From: Flectonema sp. DT1601
Taxonomy: Eukaryota
DNA: 64,000 bases
Direction of reading: 5' to 3'
Assembly: GCA_964019425.1 (NCBI GenBank)
Contig: OZ025801.1
Coordinates: 1 to 64,000 of the forward strand
The translations under genes were made by a program, and so were the position numbers. Shown in pieces: positions 10,947 through 22,962 of this stretch; position 1 is the stretch's first letter, and every line of letters begins with the position of its first letter. The notes under the pieces are model-generated. The model did no database searches. It was not told the origin of the DNA and saw only the letters and a program-made list of their open reading frames with translations.

Positions 10947-13117
10947 AATTGCAGATTTTTTTATTTCTTAGGGGTTTGACCCACCATGAAAAAATTCGCA
11001 GAAAAGATTTATTAGCAGAGTATTGCTGGGGCTCGGTCTTAGCTTTAACATTAACACAGGAGCGGCGAAAATTACGTCTTTCGGGGGGAAAAGCCAAAAG
11101 AAAAATATATTAAATAATATAAATTAAATTTTCTACATAAAAATAGGATAAGCACGGTAAGTCTCGGTTCATTTTCTCTGCTTGGCAAACAGAGGTGAAC
11201 GGGCAATAAAAAAACCCCAAAAGAAGAGAATTCTTCCTAAGAGGTTGGCTAAATATTCTAAGCAAGCTTAGATATTGAGACTGTACCAATAAAGTACAGA
11301 AACTGTAGCTTTAGAATCGTTGGTTAACCTTAAAAAGCAGTTACCCCAGGTAATTAGAAATTGTGTGGCTTTTAGAACTACCAGCCAGAACTAGCAGAAA
11401 TGCTTGCTTGCGGGTAGGGAAGTAAGGGAAAAAGCCTGCAAGCACCCGGGGTTCCCACGTGATCACTCACCGCAGTACTAACCAGGCCTGCTGGTGCTTA
11501 ACTTCCCAAATCGGGCGGGATGGGGTGCATTCACCAGAGTATGGCCGCAGGCAATTGCAGATTTTTTTATTTCTTAGGGGTTTGACCCACCATGAAAAAA
11601 TTCGCAGAAAAGATTTATTAGCAGAGTATTGCTGGGGCTCGGTCTTAGCTTTAACATTAACACAGGAGCGGCGAAAATTACGTCTTTCGGGGGGAAAAGC
11701 CAAAAGAAAAATATATTAAATAATATAAATTAAATTTTCTACATAAAAATAGGATAAGCACGGTAAGTCTCGGTTCATTTTCTCTGCTTGGCAAACAGAG
11801 GTGAACGGGCAATAAAAAAACCCCAAAAGAAGAGAATTCTTCCTAAGAGGTTGGCTAAATATTCTAAGCAAGCTTAGATATTGAGACTGTACCAATAAAG
11901 TACAGAAACTGTAGCTTTAGAATCGTTGGTTAACCTTAAAAAGCAGTTACCCCAGGTAATTAGAAATTGTGTGGCTTTTAGAACTACCAGCCAGAACTAG
12001 CAGAAATGCTTGCTTGCGGGTAGGGAAGTAAGGGAAAAAGCCTGCAAGCACCCGGGGTTCCCACGTGATCACTCACCGCAGTACTAACCAGGCCTGCTGG
12101 TGCTTAACTTCCCAAATCGGGCGGGATGGGGTGCATTCACCAGAGTATGGCCGCAGGCAATTGCAGATTTTTTTATTTCTTAGGGGTTTGACCCACCATG
12201 AAAAAATTCGCAGAAAAGATTTATTAGCAGAGTATTGCTGGGGCTCGGTCTTAGCTTTAACATTAACACAGGAGCGGCGAAAATTACGTCTTTCGGGGGG
12301 AAAAGCCAAAAGAAAAATATATTAAATAATATAAATTAAATTTTCTACATAAAAATAGGATAAGCACGGTAAGTCTCGGTTCATTTTCTCTGCTTGGCAA
12401 ACAGAGGTGAACGGGCAATAAAAAAACCCCAAAAGAAGAGAATTCTTCCTAAGAGGTTGGCTAAATATTCTAAGCAAGCTTAGATATTGAGACTGTACCA
12501 ATAAAGTACAGAAACTGTAGCTTTAGAATCGTTGGTTAACCTTAAAAAGCAGTTACCCCAGGTAATTAGAAATTGTGTGGCTTTTAGAACTACCAGCCAG
12601 AACTAGCAGAAATGCTTGCTTGCGGGTAGGGAAGTAAGGGAAAAAGCCTGCAAGCACCCGGGGTTCCCACGTGATCACTCACCGCAGTACTAACCAGGCC
12701 TGCTGGTGCTTAACTTCCCAAATCGGGCGGGATGGGGTGCATTCACCAGAGTATGGCCGCAGGCAATTGCAGATTTTTTTATTTCTTAGGGGTTTGACCC
12801 ACCATGAAAAAATTCGCAGAAAAGATTTATTAGCAGAGTATTGCTGGGGCTCGGTCTTAGCTTTAACATTAACACAGGAGCGGCGAAAATTACGTCTTTC
12901 GGGGGGAAAAGCCAAAAGAAAAATATATTAAATAATATAAATTAAATTTTCTACATAAAAATAGGATAAGCACGGTAAGTCTCGGTTCATTTTCTCTGCT
13001 TGGCAAACAGAGGTGAACGGGCAATAAAAAAACCCCAAAAGAAGAGAATTCTTCCTAAGAGGTTGGCTAAATATTCTAAGCAAGCTTAGATATTGAGACT
13101 GTACCAATAAAGTACAG

Positions 13118-13173
13118 TAATTGCGCTTGCCTTCCATATCATGCACCTGACGAATGAAATGTATAGATGAAAC
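13118..13173 (-). mobile_element. 56-bp stub of the YR retrotransposon 3' terminus (B repeat) in an SL exon
   Basis: Matches 28699-28754 with the same gtacag|taattgcg junction, then joins LINE RT sequence. Confidence 0.92.
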
Positions 13174-14137
13174 GAGAGGGAAAACTTCGGCGGTTGTCTT
13201 TATGGATATAAAGAAAGCTTTTGATTCTGTCAACCACCACAAGTTACAAGAAAGAATGAGAAAGATGTCGATACCTGAAAACTATATTAGGTGGGTCGAA
13301 AGCTTTCTGCACAAAAGGACAGCTGCGACTATAATTAACAGCAGAGTAAGCAAGTACATTAAGCTCACAAATGGAGTCCCGCAGGGAACTGTCCTTGCGA
13401 GTATATTATTTGTACTCTACATTGATGAAATAACCGAAATTATAGAGAACAAAGCAAACATGTCACTCTATGCAGATGATATTGCATTTGTAGTATCTGA
13501 CGAAAATTGTGCCGGTAGGCTGTCAAACAGAGTTCAAACTGTATTTACGAAAGCAGAAGAACACTTAAACAACATTAATCTTGAGTTGGCGAGAGATAAA
13601 ACAAAAATAATGATTGTTGACTCGAGTACCTCACGGAAAAAGAAATGCCAATATAAAATTAAATTTAAAGATAAGACGTGCCTAACAGAAACTGATTCTG
13701 AGAGGTTCTTAGGTGTCCAGATTGATAATGATCTATCGTTTTCTGATCATGTATCTCAAATATGTAAAAGTGTGAACAAGAAACTTCGCTTCCTAAAAAT
13801 GCTGGCTGATAAAAGATGGGGTTGTACTAAAAATATAATCAGACTAGTCTACTTAATATACATCATACCTGTATTTACCTATGCTATCGAGAGTTTGTAC
13901 AGCACCATTGTACGAAACAGAAAACTAATGCGAAAACTGAATACTCTTCATATGAAAGCAGCTCAAATCATAACTGGTGCTGACTACGGAACAAAATTTG
14001 AGAAGGTCTTGGAAGAATCCTGCGTAGCGGATCTGAACAGCTACTATCTTGTTGAAACAGCAAGATGGGCTGCAAAGATCGAACGACTGCGTGCCTCTCC
14101 TTGTACCAAAAGATTGATGGAAAAACGAAAAATAAAA
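13174..14137 (+). pseudogene. 5'-truncated ingi/I-like LINE reverse transcriptase fragment
   Basis: Motifs FMDIKKAFDSVNH, NGVPQGTVL, LYADD, RFLGV and KRWG. The N-terminal RT and endonuclease parts are missing, and the fragment is interrupted at 14137. Confidence 0.88.
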
Positions 14138-17100
14138 TATAAACATAACCCAGCCCCCGAGGCTTTGCAAGAGGCTATTTCGAGATCGGCTCTGGATGGG
14201 GATAAAACTTTAGTAGCCAAATGTCCTTTATGTTTTGAGACATACCTCAAAGGTCCAGTTGCGCATTTTAGACGTAACTGTAAGTTTAGTAAGGAATTTA
14301 AGGACTATAAGTCACGTTTTCCCCCATCTACCCACTCCCAAGTTAAAGATTGTTACCACTTACCTTGTCCAGAATGTGGTAAGCTTTTCAAAAGTATCGC
14401 TACGAGAGCGAAACACTGTGTTAACGGTACATGTAAAGGTACACCTCTGTCTCCCCTCACAGGGAATAATTCAGACCTGGAACCTCCCTTTGTAGGAGAA
14501 TCTGTAGATTTTAAAACTTCACAAACAGCTTTCGTTCCTTATAACTCTACAACACCCACTTTTACCCCGTTACACCCGTCTCGTCTCAAATTCCGATCTT
14601 TTGGAACTGAATGGAAGGACATCGACGTTTCTGCTGCAGAAAAACTTCAAACTTTCACCGTCGAAACAGAAAATTCTTCAAAACCTGCCGACCAACTTGA
14701 TAAACTACTCAAAACGGTTTATCAAATATGTAGCGGTTTCTTTGAAGAAACAAAGCGGAATTTACCCCGCAAACAGAAATCAAGGGAAGAGGTCATCCTC
14801 GACCAAGAAAAACTTGAATGTCGTCTGGAAATGAAACAGCTAAGACAGGAGCTCCGCAAATCTGGGCCTTCTATAGAGAACGCTGTCAAATGGAAAGAGG
14901 CAAGAACGAGAATGAAAAGGATTTTCCGAATGTATCGGAATTTAGAAAAGAAAAATTTATTCAAAAAATTACAAGATAAATTTCGTCAAAATCCGTTTAC
15001 TGCCATAAAAGAAGAACTCCAAAAAGAAGATCCTCAACCCCCCTCCCTTGATATTCCAGAGGAAAAAATAATTGAACATTTTAAAAACAACTATTGTGAC
15101 AATGAAAAAAAAAAAACTGATTTCACCCATCCCTCTTTTTTACCTAAGTCTGACTACAAGACAATGGATGATATCCAGTTCCCGAGCTTCGAACAGTTTG
15201 GTATTCTCTTATCAAAGAAAAAAAACAAATGTGCCCCTGGTCCCAATTGCATACCTTATGTTGTATGGAAAAAGGTCCCAACTTTTATGGAAGCACTTTA
15301 CAAGGTATTAAAGAGAATTTTCGAACTCAAGGCCTATCCGGATAGTTGGGGCTTAGCATTTGTAACAATGCTCCCAAAGCCCAACTCCGATGGGAAAGAC
15401 ATCTCGAAAACGAGACCGATAGCTGTGGGCAACTGCGACGGGAAAATTTTTAATACGGTTATTCAGGAAGCCGTCGCAAACCACACTCTTTCTAAATTTA
15501 ATTTTCAAAAAGGCTTTAGGAAAGGTGTCTCTGGATGTATCGAACATGCCACGATCACCTCAGAGATTTTTAAAGAAGTGAAAGCTCTCCGGAAAAACCT
15601 AACAATTGTCTGGGTGGATTTGGCAGATGCTTTCGGCTCAGTCAAACATCAATTAATTTTCTTTGCTTTAAAATATTTCGGAATTCACGAAAGAATAATC
15701 GGTTTCTATAAAAGGTATTATTCCTCCATGCGCGTCCAAATCAGAGTTGGAGAAGGCCTGACGCCCACTATCCCTTTTGAAGTTGGTGTCTTTCAAGGCT
15801 GCGTTTCCTCCCCAACCCTTTTTAATTTGGTATTCCAACTACTGCTCTTTTCCTTAGCAGTTCATCAACAGGAAGCCTACGAGTTTAACAATAAATCCCT
15901 CCAACTATTAGTTGCAGCTTTTGCTGATGATTTACAACTTACCACGTCATCAAAGGCGGGGGCAAAATTGCTAATCAAGTCGCTCGAACAGTTTCTTTCC
16001 TGGTCTCGTGGTATGAAAGCGAAACCCCAGAAATGCATTGCCCACAGCTTTGTACAAGGGAAACCAGCTAACCCGGACCTGAAGATTAACAATGTTCCGA
16101 TTACGAATCTCCAGGAAGCTGGAGAGTTCAAATACCTCGGGCGTTGGTTTGAGCCGAACGCCAAAGAACAGAAATTGCGAGAGCGCCTGACCACTTTTAC
16201 CAGGAATTTTTTAAAAAAAGTCGACGCCATGCCACTATATGGGTCTCAGAAGGCTTGGTCTGTCCAACACTTGTTATTGTCAAGGTTAACATGGAGTTTA
16301 ATGATCCATGACTTATCTCTCCCTTTTGCCAAAAAAATGGACAAAATTATTAAACCTTTTTTGAAGAAATGGTGGGGATTTGTCCGCTCTGCGAACACAG
16401 TCATCCTTTTTACCGGTTCAAAGAACACTGTTGGTCTCAGACACAAAAGAGTTGAGACGCTATATAAACAAGCGCAATCAATTAAACTAGACATCCTCAG
16501 ATCCTCACAGGACTCTGACATGCACGGTGTCTACAATGTTATTATGGAGAAATCGTCCAACTGGTCGAAAAAGTTTTCAGCTTCTGCTGAGTGGGAGCGC
16601 CTTATTAAGTTTTTTTCTTACCGTTCTCTTGCGAAGCAATCAGCTGGTCTTGGTCACCGATTGCGCGATCTACGTACTACTCGCCCCGATCTCCTTAAGC
16701 GTTTTGAAGTGGAAGCCACAGATGAACTACTGAACTCTTTGAATAAATTACAAGTCCAAGGTCAGTGGAAGGAGTGGTCTAAATGTATGATAAACGATTT
16801 CACCTGGAATAAGGTACTTAGGGAGGGAAATCCTGCCTATATCTCATTTCAACTGAAAGCGGTTACAAACACCCTCCCCTCACAAGATAATTTAAAGAGG
16901 TGGAACATCACCAATGTGGACCAAAATTGTGTTTTGTGTGGCAAAGTGAATCCTACCCTCAGGCATGTCTTAACAGGCTGTCCTGTCTCTTTAACACAAG
17001 GGAGGTTCACGTGGCGTCACGACAGCGTTCTAAAACGCATTGTTATCTTCTTGGAAGAGTTGATAATAAAAGCCAACAAAAGAAAAGAAAACCTCCCGCC

Positions 17101-19291
17101 TCCCTCTCAAACTTTTTTAAAAACAGGGGAAAATAAACCCCTAGAAAGAATTTCTAAAGAGACAGGCGAACTTTCACTAGCGAATGATTGGGTCATCCTC
17201 GACGATGTCGGTGATAACCGCCTAATTGTTCCTCTTGAAGTGTGCCATGTCTCGTCCTCTCTAAGACCAGACATTTTTATTTATTCTTTTTTTGCGAAAA
17301 GAGCACTGATTCTGGAGCTGACGTGTCCAAATGAAGATCGTTTCGAAACCTCTCATGTCTTAAAGGAAAAGAAATACCTAAAGCTAAGAGACTCGATCAT
17401 CGCTAATGGCTTCGACTGTAACATTTTTACTATTGAAGTTGGCGTACGAGGAAACATCTGCATGGACCAGCTGAACATCTGGACACGTCACATCGGTTCA
17501 CCTTTAGCACCAACAAAAGCTTTATTTTGTGAATGCACCAGAATCGCCAGACAGTGCTCATATGTTCTGTTCCAGACGAGGAACCTCCCCACGTGGCATT
17601 CAAGACCACTAATGCGCAGCATTAAAGAAGAACCTGCCACTGCAAGTTTTATAAAAGATGGTAAAGAAATCTTCCCTGTGGAAGAAGTCAAAATCCACAA
17701 AGTAACAAAACTGAAAACGATCGAAAAGCTCACCATTGAAAGATCGTGGCTTGAGAAATGTTTTATCTGGCAAACTTGTTACGCATCGGCTCTTTCTATT
17801 CTACTTATTGCCAATGGTTCTTCCTCCCCGGCCCCTTCTGTTTTGTTAGATGAGGATGAGCTCACTGGACTCTCCTTGTCATTCTCTTCTATTTCTTCCA
17901 TCTCTTTCCAGACTCCCCCACCTGAACTCATGTCAACGGGATCGCAAACACTTCCTGCTGATTTCGCTATAGTGATAAGAACTCAATCTGACATGGGTTC
18001 TCAAACCCCCTTGTACAAAAAAAAAGAAGGAAAATTAAGGCTGAAACTTTCCTTGAAATGCCAGATTTTAGAAAACGAATTAGAGCAAATGAAAGAACGA
18101 ATTTTTTATGTTCTATTTTTATTTTACTTTAATGCGATGTCAGCCTCCCTCGAGAAAGACAAGCAGTTACTAAATGGATTACCTGTTGAGATCAAAGCTA
18201 CCAACCAGGATCCATCCTCACTTCCTCCTGCGCCCCCTGTTTTAATTATTGAAAAAGATAGAAAAGAATATGAACTTCTGGAAGGAGTAATTCAACGGTT
18301 AACAGCAGAACGCGATGAATCGAAGACTTCTCTTTCTGCACTAGTTCGACAATATGACTTAGTGGAAGATTACAGGAAACGTGAGCTCGCAAATCTGACT
18401 CAGAGAGCAGACCTATCGGAAATGGCGCTCTTTAATTACCATCAAAGGTTTGTTCTTCTGTCGAACGAATTGGAGACCAAATGTAATGAGGAAAGAGAAA
18501 GTAAAATAAGACTTTTCTATACTCAACAGGAGGTCGAGAGTTTGCGTGCCGCGCGTCCCCGTATGACCCACTTTAGTCAACAAGTTTCCCCCCGAACCCC
18601 CGTTCTGTATGAATCTGTTGCTATGATGAAGATAGCAAAGAACTACCTCTCGCTCTTTACAACTACGAGTAGTCTTTTTACTCCTCTTATTAAACCCCTT
18701 ATCCCTACCCTTAATTATATCACCCCTCTTTGTCCTCTAGCCTCAATTCCTCCGACAATGCCGCAGAGTGAAGCTCTCGACCGCACGCCGACCAAGATTT
18801 TACGACAAGAGAGTCACGTTATCTCCGTTAAAGAGAATACACCTATTGCGAGACAATGGTCCGAGGGTAGGATTGACTTACTCGAGAACTACTGTCGAGC
18901 AGTAGATGACTCTCTCGAAACAAACGAGAAAGCGGCAGAGCTCTCAGAACAACTTCTGGATGCCCAACTTCGCCTCTCGGAGCTGAATCACCAACGGTGT
19001 ACAACTCACGCAGAGCAGCTTGAGCAATCCATGATGTTAACGGGACTGGCGAGCGATTTAAATGCTCAACTCGCCTTGGCACGGTCTCAAATTGCGGCCC
19101 TGAAGTTCCAATTAGCTTCATGGGCAGAAGGTTTGAGTCCGCCAGACACAGAAGAACATGAGGAAAATGAAACTCCGCCGAGAAAGTCTGAGCGTTCAAC
19201 TCTGAAAAAACGAACCCCTCCATCAAGATATCGTTACAATCGAAGGAGATGTTCTGCTGATGACGTTCACGGTGACTCCACCCCCTTGTAA
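14138..19291 (+). CDS. RLE retrotransposon polyprotein (partial): zinc fingers, RT, CCHC, PD-(D/E)xK restriction-like endonuclease, long coiled-coil tail
   Basis: Zinc fingers CPLC..H..C and CPEC..HC. RT motifs PGPN, RPIAV, QKGF, WVDLADAFGSVKH, GVFQG..SPTLF, AFADD and FKYLG. Then CVLC...HVLTGC, TWRHDSVL and RPDI...ELTCP...KEKKY. The motifs most resemble the HERO clade. Confidence 0.88.
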   Translation, partial: YKHNPAPEALQEAISRSALDGDKTLVAKCPLCFETYLKGPVAHFRRNCKFSKEFKDYKSRFPPSTHSQVKDCYHLPCPECGKLFKSIATRAKHCVNGTCKGTPLSPLTGNNSDLEPPFVGESVDFKTSQTAFVPYNSTTPTFTPLHPSRLKFRSFGTEWKDIDVSAAEKLQTFTVETENSSKPADQLDKLLKTVYQICSGFFEETKRNLPRKQKSREEVILDQEKLECRLEMKQLRQELRKSGPSIENAVKWKEARTRMKRIFRMYRNLEKKNLFKKLQDKFRQNPFTAIKEELQKEDPQPPSLDIPEEKIIEHFKNNYCDNEKKKTDFTHPSFLPKSDYKTMDDIQFPSFEQFGILLSKKKNKCAPGPNCIPYVVWKKVPTFMEALYKVLKRIFELKAYPDSWGLAFVTMLPKPNSDGKDISKTRPIAVGNCDGKIFNTVIQEAVANHTLSKFNFQKGFRKGVSGCIEHATITSEIFKEVKALRKNLTIVWVDLADAFGSVKHQLIFFALKYFGIHERIIGFYKRYYSSMRVQIRVGEGLTPTIPFEVGVFQGCVSSPTLFNLVFQLLLFSLAVHQQEAYEFNNKSLQLLVAAFADDLQLTTSSKAGAKLLIKSLEQFLSWSRGMKAKPQKCIAHSFVQGKPANPDLKINNVPITNLQEAGEFKYLGRWFEPNAKEQKLRERLTTFTRNFLKKVDAMPLYGSQKAWSVQHLLLSRLTWSLMIHDLSLPFAKKMDKIIKPFLKKWWGFVRSANTVILFTGSKNTVGLRHKRVETLYKQAQSIKLDILRSSQDSDMHGVYNVIMEKSSNWSKKFSASAEWERLIKFFSYRSLAKQSAGLGHRLRDLRTTRPDLLKRFEVEATDELLNSLNKLQVQGQWKEWSKCMINDFTWNKVLREGNPAYISFQLKAVTNTLPSQDNLKRWNITNVDQNCVLCGKVNPTLRHVLTGCPVSLTQGRFTWRHDSVLKRIVIFLEELIIKANKRKENLPPPSQTFLKTGENKPLERISKETGELSLANDWVILDDVGDNRLIVPLEVCHVSSSLRPDIFIYSFFAKRALILELTCPNEDRFETSHVLKEKKYLKLRDSIIANGFDCNIFTIEVGVRGNICMDQLNIWTRHIGSPLAPTKALFCECTRIARQCSYVLFQTRNLPTWHSRPLMRSIKEEPATASFIKDGKEIFPVEEVKIHKVTKLKTIEKLTIERSWLEKCFIWQTCYASALSILLIANGSSSPAPSVLLDEDELTGLSLSFSSISSISFQTPPPELMSTGSQTLPADFAIVIRTQSDMGSQTPLYKKKEGKLRLKLSLKCQILENELEQMKERIFYVLFLFYFNAMSASLEKDKQLLNGLPVEIKATNQDPSSLPPAPPVLIIEKDRKEYELLEGVIQRLTAERDESKTSLSALVRQYDLVEDYRKRELANLTQRADLSEMALFNYHQRFVLLSNELETKCNEERESKIRLFYTQQEVESLRAARPRMTHFSQQVSPRTPVLYESVAMMKIAKNYLSLFTTTSSLFTPLIKPLIPTLNYITPLCPLASIPPTMPQSEALDRTPTKILRQESHVISVKENTPIARQWSEGRIDLLENYCRAVDDSLETNEKAAELSEQLLDAQLRLSELNHQRCTTHAEQLEQSMMLTGLASDLNAQLALARSQIAALKFQLASWAEGLSPPDTEEHEENETPPRKSERSTLKKRTPPSRYRYNRRRCSADDVHGDSTPL

Positions 19292-19788
19292 TTCTCTTTT
19301 TCCTTACTTTCACATCACTTTGTTTAGTTAGTTTTTTAGCTTATTTATTATTTATTGTTCGTTTTTGTTTGTATTATTTTATCGATATGTTTATGTCCGT
19401 CAGATCATAACGTTAATCAGGTTAATTGTTAATTGTTAATTATAAATGGTCTAAACCCCAATCCAAGTTCCCAAGGCTTGGCATAGATTTGAGTGACGCC
19501 TTACTGGCCTCCTCATCCTCTATGAGTGGTGAGGGGGCCAGCAATGGTTTTTTTTTTTTTTTTTTTTCTCTTATTTCTTTTTTTCTTTTTCTTTTACTCT
19601 AATATGAAATATTTTTGAACAAAATGTGATTATTAATTTAAAAAAAAAAAAAAAAAATAATAATGTAAATGAATAATAAAAAAAAAAAAAAAAAAAACAT
19701 GCCTTGGGAATACAATCAAAGCCCCAATTAATCGGTCCTTTCTTTTTCCTTCTTGTCAAGTGATCGCTCCACTCGTCGATCACCAAAA

Positions 19789-20412
19789 CCGATTGTATTT
19801 ATATCTGTTCTTTTCTCAACGATCGGCTATACCGACCATTTTTTTTTTATAAATAATTGTTTTCTTCTTCTCGACGATCAGATCCAATTGATCGACCTTT
19901 TTTTTTTTTTTTTTTCCTTTATTCCTTCCATCCCTCCCGCTCCCCTAATTTTAAATAAAAACAAGATCAGCTCAGCTTGATCGTTAATCTTTTTTTCTTT
20001 TTTTAATTTAAACTGATTGTATTTATATCTGTTTATTTTTCTCGACGATCGGCTATACCGATCAACCTTTAAAATAATTTCTTCTTCTCGACGATCAGAT
20101 CCAATTGATCAACCTTTTCTTTTTTTTTCCTCTATTCCTTCCATCCCTCCCGCTCCCCTATTTGTAATAAAAACAAGATCAGCTCAGCTTGATCGTTAAT
20201 CTTTTTTTCTTTTTTTAATTTAAACTGATTGTATTTATATCTGTTTATTTTTCTCAACGATCGGCTATACCGATCAACCTTTAAAAAAATTTCCTCTTCT
20301 CGACGATCAGATCCAATTGATCAACCTTTTCTTTTTTTTTTCCTCTATTCCTTCCATCCCTCCCGCTCCCCTATTTGTAATAAAAACAAGATCAGCTCAG
20401 CTTGATCGTTAA
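19789..20412. repeat. About 3 tandem copies of a roughly 212-224 bp hairpin-rich repeat
   Basis: GATTGTATTTATATCTGTT, GATCGGCTATACCGA, ATTCCTTCCATCCCTCCCGCTCCCCTA and AACAAGATCAGCTCAGCTTGATCGTT each recur three times. Confidence 0.85.
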
Positions 20413-20740
20413 ATTTTTTTTTCTTTCTTTTTTGTTGGTCCTAGTCAAGACCTTAAACTGACTAACCGGTCTTAATTTTAAATAAGTGTTAACCTAGTTT
20501 CTCTTTTCCTTTTCAATTTCCTTTTAATACTCTCTATCTGGTCTGTTATGTCATATTTCTCATTTAATTTTATCATCCATTTTACTTTTCACTGTTTCCC
20601 ATCTACATTTTATTTTCAAATAGTTACGGTCTGTTAAAAAAAAAAAAAAAGTTTAAATAAGTTAAATTGAACATGTTAACTCAATTCCTCAATTCTTCCG
20701 TCATGGTCATGACATTCTTTTTCGTTTCTCTAATGCACAA

Positions 20741-20835
20741 GAGATACCATCACTCATGAGATACCAACGCACATACGAGATACCAGCACTCCAGAGATAC
20801 CGACACGCTAGAGATACCAAGTCACTTGAGATACC
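20741..20835. repeat. Six GAGATACC direct repeats with variable 9-11 nt spacers
   Basis: Copies start at 20741, 20758, 20777, 20794, 20811 and 20828. Confidence 0.9.
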
Positions 20836-21079
20836 TCCTTGTAAATTAATTCCCGGTATTTCAAATTTGAATTGATAGTGTCAACTCTGCTTGCTGCTCT
20901 TGTTAATGTGTTGTCTCCTGAAAGTGATCTTAACTCCTGTAAAAAGAAAAAAAAAAAGAAATCAAAAAAGAAGAATTTTCAAACGAAGTTATAACAACCC
21001 CTACCACCCATTATGATCAATTCCGCTTGTTTTTTTTTTTTTTTTTTAAAACAAAAAAAAAAATAAAAAATTATAAAAG

Positions 21080-22120
21080 ATTAAACAATGTTATCATTGT
21101 ATTTTTATCGATCGACTATGTCGATTACTTTCTATTTTCCGTCCTGGTCAAGACGCTAAACTGATTGTTTTTTTTTTTTTTTCAAAATTAATAAAAAAGA
21201 ATATAAAAAAAAAAATAAAAAAAAGAATAAACAATGTTATCATTGTTTTTTTATCGTTCGACTTTGTCGACTAATTTCTATTCTCCGTTTTTTTCTTAAA
21301 AAATAAATAAAAAGAATTTAAAAAAAAAAAAAAAAAAAAAAGAATAAACAATGTTATCATTGTTTTTTTATCGATCGACTATGTCGATTACTTTCTATTT
21401 TCCGTTTTTTTCTTTAAAAATAAATAAAAAGAATAAAAAAAAAAAAAAAAGGAATAAACAATGTTATCATTGTTTTTATTTTATCGATCGACTATGTCGA
21501 TTACTTTCTATTTTCCGTCCTGGTCAAGACGCTAAACTGATTGTTTTTTCTTTAAAAAATAAAAAGAAGGATTTAAAAAAAAGAAGAAAAAAAAAAAAAA
21601 GAATAAACAATGTTATCATTGTTTTTTTATCGATCGACTATGTCGATCACTTTCTATTTTTCGTCCTGGTCAAGACGCTAAACTGATTGTTTTTTCTTTA
21701 AAAATAATAAAAAGGATTTAAAAAAAAAAAAAAAAAAAAAAAGAATAAACAATGTTATCATTGTTTTTTTATCGATCGACTATGTCGATCACTTTCTATT
21801 TTCCGTCCTGGTCAAGACGCAAAACTGATTGTTTTTTTTTCAAAATTAATAAAAAAGAATACAAAAAAAAATAAAAAAAAAAAGAATAAACAATGTTATC
21901 ATTGTTTTTTTTTTTATCGTTCGACGTTGTTGACTAATTTCTATTTTCCGTTTTTTTTTTTTCTTTTTAAAAAATAAATAAAAAGATTTAAAAAAAAAAA
22001 AAAAAAGAATAAACAATGTTATCATTGTTTTTTTTATCGATCGACTATGTCGATTACTTTCTATTTTCCGTCCTGGTCAAGACGCTAAACTGATTGTTTT
22101 TTCTTTAAAAAAAAAAAAAG

Positions 22121-22157
<37 letters not shown>

Positions 22158-22931
22158 ATAAACAATGTTATCATTGTTTTTTTTTTATCGATCGACTATG
22201 TCGATCACTTTCTATTTTCCGTCCTGGTCAAGACGCTAAACTGATTGTTTTTTTTTTCAAAATTAATAAAAAAGAATATAAAAAAAAAAATAAAAAAAAA
22301 AGAATAAACAATGTTATCATTGTTTTTTTTTTTATCGTTCGACTTTGTTGACTAATTTCTATTTTCCGTTTTTTTTCTTTTTAAAATAAAAAGAATTTAA
22401 AAAAAAAAAAAAAAAAGAGTAAACAATGTTATCATTGTTTTTTTTATCGATCGACTATGTCGATTACTTTCTATTTTCCGTCCTGGTCAAGACGCTAAAC
22501 TGATTGTTTTTTTTTCAAAATTAATAAAAAAGAATATAAAAAAAAACAAAAAAAAAAAGAATAAACAATGTTATCATTGTTTTTTTTTATCGTTCGACTT
22601 TGTCGACTAATTTTTATTTTCCGTTTTTTTTCTTTAAAAATAAATAAAAAGAATTTAAAAAAAAAAAAAAAAAAAGAATAAACAATGTTATCATTGTTTT
22701 TTTATCGATCGACTATGTCGATCACTTTCTATTTTCCGTCCTGGTCAAGACGCTAAACTGATTGTTTTTTCTTTAAAATAATAAAAAGGATTAAAAAAAA
22801 AAAAAAAAAAAAAAAAGAATAAACAATGTTATCATTGTTTTTTATCGATCGACTATGTCGATCACTTTCTATTTTCCGTCCTGGTCAAGACGCTAAACTG
22901 ATTGTTTTTTCTTTAAAAAATAATTAAAAGG

Positions 22932-22962
<31 letters not shown>

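Larger units (their letters stand above)
10338..13117 (-). repeat. SL RNA + 5S rRNA tandem array, type A (606-bp unit), block 1
   Basis: 606-bp period. 5S genes at 10827-10946, 11433-11552, 12039-12158 and 12645-12764. SL exons at 10681-10719, 11287-11325, 11893-11931 and 12499-12537. A fifth SL is interrupted at 13117. Confidence 0.97.
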
